Shown here piece by piece: positions 7,997-16,552 of a stretch of 45,034 nucleotides of DNA (the stretch's first letter is position 1; each line of letters starts with the position of its first letter). The stretch covers positions 1 through 45,034 of the forward strand of contig JBDRFE010000073.1 of NCBI GenBank assembly GCA_043819075.1. Reading direction: 5' to 3'. The notes below the pieces were generated by a model. That model had not been told where the DNA came from. It made no database searches and worked only from the letters and a program-made list of their open reading frames with translations. The stretch comes from an archaeon (GTDB lineage Archaea > Iainarchaeota > Iainarchaeia > Iainarchaeales > 1-14-0-10-31-34). Both the position numbers and the translations under genes were made by a program.

Positions 7997-8896
7997 TTAT
8001 TTTGCACTTAAAGTAAAGCCTGCTTCAGAGTTTTTTATCGCAGAAATAAATCCTGTTCCAAAAGAATAACCCATTCTTGAAACAGCGGAAAAAAAATCAT
8101 TTGATGTTTCATCAAAATACTTTAAAGATGGTTCGCCTGAAATACCGGCTAATTCAGCTGTCTTTTGCAAGGCAAAATCCCTGCTGCCGGTAAAATCAAT
8201 CAAGCCAAATTGTTTTGCCTGCCTTCCGGAAATAATCCTGCCGTCTGCAACAGAATTAAAAGTTGTTTCAGAGATTTTGTTTTTCCTGAATTCAAGCACG
8301 TCTTTCTTGAAATTCACTGAAACCTCTGAAATAAGGTCACTCAAAAGTTTTTGTTCTTCCGGGGTTAATTCCCTGAAAGAAGAACCCATGTCCTTGAATT
8401 GCCCTTCTTTTATTACATTCATTTTAATGCCTAATTTTTCTAATAAACCTTCAATGTTAGCTGAAACACTTATTACTCCAATGCTTCCAGTAAGAGAGTC
8501 ATCGTCTGCAACAATTAAATCTGATGCAGCAGCAACATAGTATGCGCCAGAAGCGCCTGTTTCGCCGATAAAAGCAACAACAGGCTTTTTTGCTGTTCTG
8601 ACAGAATAAACTATTTCTTTTGTTGCAACAACACTTCCTCCGCCTGAATCAATGTCAAGAAAAATTGCCTTGATTAAAGGGTCTTTATCTGCTTCCTTAA
8701 TTTTTTCTGCAATCTGGGTTGAAGTCATGCTCGAAGAAAAAGCAGTATTTGAAGCAGTGATTTCGCCTTTAATCGGAATAACTGCAATTTCTCCTGTTAA
8801 GCCTGGAAAAGCAGAAGAAAAAGCAAAAGATAAAATTAATGCAAGCAAAACTAATGCAATTAAGCCGAAAAAAACAGCCAAAAACAGTTTTTTCAT
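7997..8896 (-). CDS. sppA: Signal peptide peptidase SppA (S49)
   Basis: IDSGGGS, ASGAYYVAAASD, TGSIGV, GQFKD, ADGRIISG motifs and an N-terminal TM. Confidence 0.95.
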   Translation of the reverse strand: MKKLFLAVFFGLIALVLLALILSFAFSSAFPGLTGEIAVIPIKGEITASNTAFSSSMTSTQIAEKIKEADKDPLIKAIFLDIDSGGGSVVATKEIVYSVRTAKKPVVAFIGETGASGAYYVAAASDLIVADDDSLTGSIGVISVSANIEGLLEKLGIKMNVIKEGQFKDMGSSFRELTPEEQKLLSDLISEVSVNFKKDVLEFRKNKISETTFNSVADGRIISGRQAKQFGLIDFTGSRDFALQKTAELAGISGEPSLKYFDETSNDFFSAVSRMGYSFGTGFISAIKNSEAGFTLSAK

Positions 8897-8996
8897 AAAA
8901 AAATAAATGCTGTGTTAAAAATAAAAAAGGCAACTAAAGGCATGGCAATATTTAATAACCCTGCAATCATAATTAATTAGGAAAAACGGCGATTAA

Positions 8997-9509
8997 ATGA
9001 CATACCCTTTCTTGACCGAAGCAATCCTTGTTTTAGTCCCATTATATGTGGCTAATTCAACTGCAATGCTTTTAGGAGGCAAAACCCCGATAGACTTAAA
9101 CAAAAAATTTTTTGACAAAAAGCCTTTTTTAGGCAAAGGAAAAACATTCAAGGGAACAATAATTGGAATTCTTGCAGGAATTGTTGCTGTTCTTTTGGTT
9201 GACTTTTATTTTCAAGGAAAAGTGCCGATAATAAGCAATTATCTTTTGTATGGAAGCCTTTTGTCTGTTGGAGCAATTTTAGGCGACATAATCGGAAGCT
9301 TTTTCAAAAGAAGATTTGACATTGAAAGAGGCAAGCCTGTTCTGCTTTTAGACCAGCTGGATTTTGTCGTAATAGGAATACTGCTTGGAAGCGCTGTTCA
9401 CTTGATTTCATTGCAGTTATTTTTATTGATTTGCTTTATTACTTTAGTGGCACACAAAGCAAGCAATTTCATTGCATTCAAGTTCAAGCTCAAAAAGGTG
9501 CCATGGTAA
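8997..9509 (+). CDS. carS: CDP-archaeol synthase
   Basis: AN...PID...LGKGKTFKG and GDIIGSFFKRR...LLDQLDF are CarS signatures. Confidence 0.93.
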   Translation: MTYPFLTEAILVLVPLYVANSTAMLLGGKTPIDLNKKFFDKKPFLGKGKTFKGTIIGILAGIVAVLLVDFYFQGKVPIISNYLLYGSLLSVGAILGDIIGSFFKRRFDIERGKPVLLLDQLDFVVIGILLGSAVHLISLQLFLLICFITLVAHKASNFIAFKFKLKKVPW

Positions 9510-9510
9510 A

Positions 9511-10005
9511 ATGAAAGAAAAAATAATAGAAAATAAGACTTTGATGTTCCTGGTAAAATTCACGGTAATTTTTTCAGTGCTGCATTTTTTAGTGTGGACA
9601 ATTCCCACAGAATTTCTGCAGAACCTTATTGCAGGATTTGAAGCAGGCTTTTTTGGGCTTCCAGTAAAAGAAAACCTTATTTTAATTGGAGAGCAAAAAA
9701 TTTTGATTAACCCTTCCTGCACCGGATTGGTTAGTTCAAGCATTATTGCAGCAATAGTTTTTTCTTTAAGAAAGCCTGAAATAAAAGAAAAAATCAAGAT
9801 TTTTTTGTTAGCAGGAATAGTGATGTTTTTTTTAAACCTGTTAAGGATTTATTTTGTTTTATGGTTTGGATTAAGTTTTGGAACAGAATTCATCGGATTA
9901 ATGCATGAAATTTCCTGGATGACAACAGCAGCATTCATTATAGTGTTATGGTATTATTTCACCAAAAAAATAACTAAAGTAAAAGAATTCAACGAACTGC
10001 TTTGA
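9511..10005 (+). CDS. Archaeosortase/exosortase family protein
   Basis: ATG 9511 lies 1 nt after the carS stop. Catalytic triad motifs SCTG (Cys), NLLR (Arg) and MHE (His); multi-TM. Confidence 0.85.
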   Translation: MKEKIIENKTLMFLVKFTVIFSVLHFLVWTIPTEFLQNLIAGFEAGFFGLPVKENLILIGEQKILINPSCTGLVSSSIIAAIVFSLRKPEIKEKIKIFLLAGIVMFFLNLLRIYFVLWFGLSFGTEFIGLMHEISWMTTAAFIIVLWYYFTKKITKVKEFNELL

Positions 10006-10006
10006 A

Positions 10007-11626
10007 TTACTTTTCTCTTGAAAGCAAATACTTTACTATTTCACTAAAAGCAGGCCTTGTAATAAATACTCCGATTAATACTCCGGAGATAGTTGTAATA
10101 GCAAAGCCAACTAATTTTCCTAACCCGAAACCGAAAAAAATTATCGGAGCCATTGTAGCAATAGAAGTTGCTGCGGCAGCAAAAATAATGAAAAAAGCAC
10201 GTTTTACACGGTTAACATAAGAGGTTTCATAATCTGCTTCTTTTCTTAATAATTCATCTGAAATCACTATCTGGTCGTCAACTCCTGTTCCCACTGCAGC
10301 AATAATTCCTGCAAGCGAAGCCAAATCCAGATTCCATTTAATAAAAGAAGCAAAGCCTAAAATCAAAACTATTTCTGAAACAATAGTGAAAGCCATTGGA
10401 AGAATTAATTTTGGTTCCCTGTATCTTACAAACAATACAATTACAACAACAAATAATGCAAGCACTCCCATCAAAGAAACAACAAACAAAAACTCGTTCC
10501 CTAAATTAGGGGAAATTGTTTCTTTGCCGATTGATTCAACTCCGATTGGAAGAGAACCGGATTCAAGCAGAATAGAAAGATTTGATAATTTGGTTAAAGC
10601 ATCATGTTCATCAGCGCCAAACCCTCTAATCACTAACTCAGAATATTTTTTTGCATCCTTTAAGTTTTCAACAAAAGGATTCATGTTTGTAACGTCTTCG
10701 CTTAAAGAAATAACTTCTCTTGCGCCGATTGCAGTCCAGACCCAAGGAATTCCCTGCTCTGATTCAACTTCAGTTACCTTAAAGCCTAATGCATTCAAGT
10801 CATTCAGCAAACTTTCAGGGTAAACGCCTTTTGGAACAATAATGTTCTCAAATTCAGCTGAAAAACCAGTTAATTTGTTTAAATCTGAATCAGATAAATT
10901 TGAGTCAGACAAAATTAACGGAGTCTGTGCATTAAGGATTAATTCATCTAATTCTGTTCCCTGCGGAATGTTTTCAACAATGTTTCCTGCAAGCAACACG
11001 CTTTTGTCTTTTTCATGCAGTCCAGGAGGCATCAAAATTACTGCTGCAGGCCTGTCAATGAAAAAATATGTTTTCTCGCAGTCATAAGTTTTTCCTGCCT
11101 GCTGGTCAAAACTGGAAATAGTGCATTTATGGAAAGTCATTTCAGTGAATCTTTTTGCCCCTTCCTCGCTTAACAAAAAAGGAAGCCGCCATTCAAAAGA
11201 GTCGCCTTGCTTTAATATGCCGTATCCTTTGGCTGAATCCTTGTAAATGTGAAGGATATCTGAACCGGAAAAAACTGTTTTTCCTTCAAGCACTGCCTCA
11301 AATTTTCCCTGCTTTTTTAATAAGAGCTCAATTCTTTCAACTTGTTCAGGATTAGTTTCTGCTACCTGTGCAATAATGAATTCATTTCCAAAAGCAGTTA
11401 CTTTAGTGTCTTTTAAGCCAGTCCAGTCAAGCCTGTGGGAAATAATTGAAGTAACCTGTTCAATTTCAGCCTGGGTTTTCAACGGCTTTTCCAAGTGAAT
11501 CTGGAATTGTGTGCCGCCATTAAAGTCAATTCCATACCTTAATCCGTTAAAAGAAATTGATAAAAGCGAAACAAACAGCAGTACAAGCAAAAGAATTATT
11601 TTCCAGTTCCTGAATAATTCCCTCAT
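10007..11626 (-). CDS. secD: Protein translocase subunit SecD
   Basis: GIDFNGG, ESGSLP, ISPNLG and GTGVDDQIVI; 1+5 TM topology. Confidence 0.93.
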   Translation of the reverse strand: MRELFRNWKIILLLVLLFVSLLSISFNGLRYGIDFNGGTQFQIHLEKPLKTQAEIEQVTSIISHRLDWTGLKDTKVTAFGNEFIIAQVAETNPEQVERIELLLKKQGKFEAVLEGKTVFSGSDILHIYKDSAKGYGILKQGDSFEWRLPFLLSEEGAKRFTEMTFHKCTISSFDQQAGKTYDCEKTYFFIDRPAAVILMPPGLHEKDKSVLLAGNIVENIPQGTELDELILNAQTPLILSDSNLSDSDLNKLTGFSAEFENIIVPKGVYPESLLNDLNALGFKVTEVESEQGIPWVWTAIGAREVISLSEDVTNMNPFVENLKDAKKYSELVIRGFGADEHDALTKLSNLSILLESGSLPIGVESIGKETISPNLGNEFLFVVSLMGVLALFVVVIVLFVRYREPKLILPMAFTIVSEIVLILGFASFIKWNLDLASLAGIIAAVGTGVDDQIVISDELLRKEADYETSYVNRVKRAFFIIFAAAATSIATMAPIIFFGFGLGKLVGFAITTISGVLIGVFITRPAFSEIVKYLLSREK

Positions 11627-12681
11627 TTAATTACCTTCTTTCTTTCAATATACCATAATAATATCGGGGCGTTCATCATCCAGGTAACAATAATGTCGCC
11701 GAATAATCCAAACAAAAGCACTGCAGCAATATTAAATAAAACTTCAATCTGGTAAAGGTATGAAACAACCAGCATTACAGCAACAGCCGCCATAGTGGTA
11801 AAAGTCATTGTTAATCCTGTTTTCATTGAGTCAACTGCTCTCCGCCTTGGAGTCTTGTCTTTTCTTTTTAAAAGCCTTGTAGTAAGAAGAATGTCTGTGT
11901 CAACACTGTATCCAATCAATAAAAGAAGCGCTGGAATTGAATTCAATCCAAGCGGAATCCCGGTTAAAGACATTAAAGCTAATGCAGTAAGTACATCAAA
12001 CAGCCCTGCATAAATGACTGCAACAGACGGAATGAATTCCCTGAAAAAAAAGAAAATAACTAAAATGATTCCGATTAAAGCAATAATGCATACAAGCAAG
12101 GCATTATCCCAAAAAGTTTTCCCTAAAACAGGGGGAACTTCTTTAGTGGAAAAAGAAATTATGCCTGAATTAAGTGCAATAACAGATTTTATCTGTTCAT
12201 GCAATGCATCTTTTGCCTTTGAATAAATTTCATCTGCTTTTTCAGTTAATTCCCTTTTCTTTAACCCATCATCAGATGCCTTAAAAAACTTGGATGAAAG
12301 AGAAATAGAGTTCAATGCATGAATTTCTGATTCAGCCGGGTTTGATTCAAGCAATGCTTTTGCCAAGTCAAGCTCTTTCTTTGATTCAGCTAAAGTTGTT
12401 TCTTCTGCAAACTGGATGCTTACTCCGTTGCTTACAGGAGAAGAAATTGAAACAACACTTAAATCAACAAAATCAAATTTACTGTTAAGCGACTGGATTA
12501 ATTCAGCTGAATCAATATGGTTTTCAGTCCTGATAATAATTTGTGTTCCGCCTTCCAGGTCAATTCCAGGCTTTACTCCGGGAAAAACAAGGACAGCAAA
12601 AAGGAATACAACTGTAAGAAGCAAAGGCAGGATTAAATACAGTTTATAGTTGCCAGAATATAATTCCATAAAATATCCCAA
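11623..12681 (-). CDS. secF: Protein translocase subunit SecF
   Basis: GIDLEGG and IGYSVDTDILL. 4-nt overlap with secD. Start is TTG 12681 or ATG 12669. Confidence 0.92.
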   Translation of the reverse strand: MGYFMELYSGNYKLYLILPLLLTVVFLFAVLVFPGVKPGIDLEGGTQIIIRTENHIDSAELIQSLNSKFDFVDLSVVSISSPVSNGVSIQFAEETTLAESKKELDLAKALLESNPAESEIHALNSISLSSKFFKASDDGLKKRELTEKADEIYSKAKDALHEQIKSVIALNSGIISFSTKEVPPVLGKTFWDNALLVCIIALIGIILVIFFFFREFIPSVAVIYAGLFDVLTALALMSLTGIPLGLNSIPALLLLIGYSVDTDILLTTRLLKRKDKTPRRRAVDSMKTGLTMTFTTMAAVAVMLVVSYLYQIEVLFNIAAVLLFGLFGDIIVTWMMNAPILLWYIERKKVIK

Positions 12682-12818
12682 AAAAAGTGTAAACTGAAAG
12701 AATTAGCTAAAGAAAAGAATAAAAAAGAATTCATAAAGCAAAGGCTTAAAGCTCAAAAAAACAGCTTTATGCTGTTTATTTAAAAATGACAATCGTACAG
12801 GGATTTTAAAGTGAAAAC

Positions 12819-13790
12819 ATGGATAAAATGAGGATAAAAAAGCCGGGCCGCCTTGATGCAATCAATTTATTTGAGAACGCAATGGGTTATGCAAGAAAAG
12901 AAACAGCAAAAATTTCAGGGATAAGAAACAAAAAAAAAATGGTTTACACAAAAGAAAAAGCAAGAATAAATTTAATGGCAGAATACATTACAGGAAAGAT
13001 TGACTTATACATAAATTCTTTTCCTGTTGTCTCTGAACTCAATAAATTCCAGAGAGAATCCCTTTCCTCAATAATTGAGGTAAAAGAATTCAGGAAAAAT
13101 TTAGGGTATTTGTTCAAGCTCAACACAGTGATTAAAAACATAAAGAAAAAAAGCCTTGCTTCAGTGAGGCAGAGCAGCGACCCTGAAAAAATAAGAAGAA
13201 CAGCTTATGGAAGGATTCTTTCACTGAAAAAAGATGTTGTCAGGGCAGTCAGTTCGCTTAATGAAACAGCAAAAAAATTAAGTGAAATCCCTGAAATAAA
13301 ATTAATTCCTTCAGTGATTGTTGCAGGCTTTCCTAATTCAGGGAAAACAACCATTCTTAAAAGGCTTACAGGAAGCGAGCCGGAAATAGCTGACTATTTG
13401 TTTACAACAAAAAAAATTGAGTTAGGGTATTTTACAGACAAATACAAGGAAATACAGGTAATTGATACTCCGGGATTGCTTGACAGAAAAGAAGAGGAAA
13501 GGAATTTAATTGAAAAAAAAGCACTCAACGCATTAGTTAATCTTGAAGGAATAATTCTTTTTGTCGCAGACTTAAGCGAAAGCAATTATTCTTTAAAAGA
13601 GCAAAGGAAACTGCTTGAAGAAATAAAGAAAACAGGAAAAAAAATTATTGTTGCATTAAACAAGCAGGACCTTGCCTCAGAAAAACAGATTGAAGAAGCA
13701 AAAAAAGAGTTTACAGGCTTTGAATTAATTTTAACAGGAGAAAACGACTTAAAGCTAAAAGAAAAAGTGCTGGAAAAAATGAATAACTGA
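12819..13790 (+). CDS. NOG1/Obg-superfamily GTP-binding protein
   Basis: GFPNSGKT, YLFTT, DTPGLLDR...RNLIE and NKQD, with an N-terminal helical domain as in archaeal NOG1. Confidence 0.9.
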   Translation: MDKMRIKKPGRLDAINLFENAMGYARKETAKISGIRNKKKMVYTKEKARINLMAEYITGKIDLYINSFPVVSELNKFQRESLSSIIEVKEFRKNLGYLFKLNTVIKNIKKKSLASVRQSSDPEKIRRTAYGRILSLKKDVVRAVSSLNETAKKLSEIPEIKLIPSVIVAGFPNSGKTTILKRLTGSEPEIADYLFTTKKIELGYFTDKYKEIQVIDTPGLLDRKEEERNLIEKKALNALVNLEGIILFVADLSESNYSLKEQRKLLEEIKKTGKKIIVALNKQDLASEKQIEEAKKEFTGFELILTGENDLKLKEKVLEKMNN

Positions 13791-13800
13791 ATAAAAAAAA

Positions 13801-14574
13801 TCAGCTGTTTTTTTTCCTAAGAATCACGACCACAGCCAACACAACAATTAAAACAACAAAATGATTTGTTTCAGGCAAAGCAACTGACTGCTTTGGGGCA
13901 AGAACAGTGAAATTAGCATAAGCCTGCAACTGGTTGCCTGTTGGAATGCTTGTCCCTGCAAAAAATTCCTGAACAAAAACCCTTACATTTTTGTCTCCGG
14001 TAACCAAACCAGAAAAAGTGTTTCTAAAGGAAAATTTTGCTTTTGAATTAGGCTGGACATTCTTGCTGCTTAACCTAATGCTTCCGCCGGGAAACCCTGA
14101 ATTATAAAAAGTTGCATTAATATCAACCACAATAGCAGAATTATTTCTTAAAGAAAGGTTAACGTCAATTGCATTGTCTCCGTAAATTGCGTTTGGAGTG
14201 ATGCTGAAATCAGCAATTGAAAGCGTGTTTTGCTTGGGTTTAACTGAAAGCACTCCGCTGTAAATTGTCACAGGAGTTGAACCATCAGTAATTGTTACAG
14301 TAAACCTGTAATCCCTTCCTGCAACAAGATTTGATGCGCCATAGTATTTGTTTGTTCCCGCATTTCCTCCTCCCGGAATTGTTCCTCCGCCATTCCAGTC
14401 AACAGTATAAGTTAATGCATCGTTGTCCGCATCAAACGCATCCCATTCAAGAAGAAAGTAATTGCCGTCAACAACCGCCCTGCCGGAAGGATTAATGAAG
14501 TATCCTGTGGGAGAGGCAGCAGAAGCAATGCCTGCAAAAGCCAAAATCAATAAAAAGAAAAAAAATTTTTTCAT
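13801..14574 (-). CDS. Secreted Ig/FN3-like protein with a C-terminal PE-type sorting signal
   Basis: Signal peptide; WDAFDADNDALTY Ig/cadherin-like motif; C-terminus VALPET + TM + RKKNS. Confidence 0.8.
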   Translation of the reverse strand: MKKFFFFLLILAFAGIASAASPTGYFINPSGRAVVDGNYFLLEWDAFDADNDALTYTVDWNGGGTIPGGGNAGTNKYYGASNLVAGRDYRFTVTITDGSTPVTIYSGVLSVKPKQNTLSIADFSITPNAIYGDNAIDVNLSLRNNSAIVVDINATFYNSGFPGGSIRLSSKNVQPNSKAKFSFRNTFSGLVTGDKNVRVFVQEFFAGTSIPTGNQLQAYANFTVLAPKQSVALPETNHFVVLIVVLAVVVILRKKNS

Positions 14575-14760
14575 TCAATAAAAAAACAATCCGATTCTAT
14601 TTAATCCTTTTGTTTTAAGAGTAAAATGTTGATTGCAAAAAAAACAGCTGAAACCGACGGCAACTGCACTATTCAGCAAAAGAGGCGGATTTTGTATGAT
14701 TTAAATTAATTTCTCTTTAAATGAATTTATTAGCTAAAACTATTTTTAGGGGTGTTCTGC

Positions 14761-15027
14761 ATGAAAAAAAAAGAGATTGATACAAGCTATCTGATTGAAT
14801 TAATGGATTCATTGATTCAGGATACTTCGGTTCCAAGGAATATAAGGAAAGTAGTGGATGACTCAAAACAAAAAATAGAAAACCAGAAAGAGTTAAGCGT
14901 GAACATCAGCTCTGCAATATACCTGTTGGATGACATAAGCAATGACATTAACATGCCTGCCCACGCGAGAACAGACATCTGGACAATAATAAGCGAGCTC
15001 GAAAAATTAAAAGAATCAACAAAGTAA
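14761..15027 (+). CDS. UPF0147 family protein
   Basis: DTSVPRNIR...LDDISNDINMPAHARTDIW signature; ATG 14761 follows GGGGTG. Confidence 0.9.
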   Translation: MKKKEIDTSYLIELMDSLIQDTSVPRNIRKVVDDSKQKIENQKELSVNISSAIYLLDDISNDINMPAHARTDIWTIISELEKLKESTK

Positions 15028-15031
15028 TGAG

Positions 15032-16552
15032 ATGACAGAAAGAAAAGAAGTAATTGATTTTGCATCGGAAAAAAGCATTATACTGGAAAATTCTGCTATT
15101 CAGCTAATCATTGAACAAGAAATCGACTTCAAAGAATTAATAGAAAAAGCGATTGAAGAAAACGTTTTTGTAGTAACAAGAAAAATGGTTGAAGAAAAAA
15201 TCGTGCAGCGGTCAACCAAACTGCCTTCAGAAAAAAAAGAGGAAACAGCAAAAAAAAGCTTTTCAGCTAAAGCAGAAGAAATTGAAAGCAATTACAAAAT
15301 TTTAGAGGAATTAAATGTTACAAACCAGTCATGCTCTGAAGGGAAAATAAAGGATTTCATAGAATTTTTCAGGGACAAATTCAATTCAATTGAATTAATG
15401 CTGAAAGAAAGGGGCTTAATTAACAAGCCATTAAAAAGGCTTAAAACAGTTTCAAAAAACAATGAAGTTGACTTAATTGTCATGGTCGCAGAAAAATGGA
15501 AAACAAAAAAAGGCCATATTGCATTCAAGTTAGAGGACCTGGAAGCCCAATGCATTGGAATAATACTCAAAGATGACGCAAGATTAATGAAATTAAGCGA
15601 AAGAATACTGTTAGATAATGTAATCGGATTAAAGGCGGTAAAAGGAAACGACGAAATGGTAATAATAAAAGACGTGATTTTTCCGGAGATTCCTTTGAAA
15701 AGCTTTAAAACAGGCAAAAGGGATTTATTCATGGCATGCATTTCAGACATGCATGTCGGAAGCAAGCTTTTTTTAGAAGATTCTTTTGAAAAATTTGTTT
15801 CCTGGCTGAAAGGAAACACTGAAAACCCGAAAGAAAAAGAAATAATAAACAAAATAAAATACTTGTGCGTTTTAGGGGACAATGTTGACGGAATAGGAGT
15901 TTACCCAGACCAGTTCAATGAATTAAGCATTAAAGACATAAAAAAACAGTACAAGAAATTCACTGAATTAATGCTTGAAATTCCAAGCTATATTGAAGTA
16001 TTCATTATTCCAGGACAACATGATGCAGTAAGGTTTTCTGACCCACAGCCTGCAATACCAAAAGAATTCGTTGAAGAATTATATGGGAAAAAAAACTTTC
16101 ATTTTTTGAGTTCTCCGGGCTGGGCAGAAATAGAGGGATTAAAGACATTATTTTATCACGGGCCTTCATTGCATGACCTTTACTCTAGTGTCAGCTTTTT
16201 AAGCTACTCTAATCCTGCTAAAGCAATAGAAGAACTCATAAAAAAAAGGGATTTAATGCCGGTTTATGGATTGAAAAGGCCTTATGTGCCGGAAAAAAAC
16301 AATTACATGGTTTTGAAAGAAATTCCAGACATTTATTTGGGCGGGGATTTGCACCATACTTCTATCGGGCTTTACAGAGGAACAAGAATAATCAGCTGCG
16401 GCACTTTCCAGGAAAAAACAGCATTCCAGGTGCAGCAAGGCCATGTTCCGACTCCAGGGGTTGTAGTATTGCTTGAACTAAAAACAGGGAATGTGTTTGA
16501 AAAAAATTTTTATAAAGAAGAAAAAATAAGCGAAAAAAAAGAAAGTGATTGA
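15032..16552 (+). CDS. polB: DNA polymerase D small subunit DP1 (3'-5' exonuclease)
   Basis: OB fold plus phosphoesterase motifs SDMHVGSK, GDNVDGIGVYP, PGQHD, YHG and GTFQxxTxFQ; directly upstream of DP2. Confidence 0.95.
   Translation: MTERKEVIDFASEKSIILENSAIQLIIEQEIDFKELIEKAIEENVFVVTRKMVEEKIVQRSTKLPSEKKEETAKKSFSAKAEEIESNYKILEELNVTNQSCSEGKIKDFIEFFRDKFNSIELMLKERGLINKPLKRLKTVSKNNEVDLIVMVAEKWKTKKGHIAFKLEDLEAQCIGIILKDDARLMKLSERILLDNVIGLKAVKGNDEMVIIKDVIFPEIPLKSFKTGKRDLFMACISDMHVGSKLFLEDSFEKFVSWLKGNTENPKEKEIINKIKYLCVLGDNVDGIGVYPDQFNELSIKDIKKQYKKFTELMLEIPSYIEVFIIPGQHDAVRFSDPQPAIPKEFVEELYGKKNFHFLSSPGWAEIEGLKTLFYHGPSLHDLYSSVSFLSYSNPAKAIEELIKKRDLMPVYGLKRPYVPEKNNYMVLKEIPDIYLGGDLHHTSIGLYRGTRIISCGTFQEKTAFQVQQGHVPTPGVVVLLELKTGNVFEKNFYKEEKISEKKESD

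Noticed and set aside
10007-12681. secF-before-secD order as unusual
   Set aside because: The secFD order is established in archaea.
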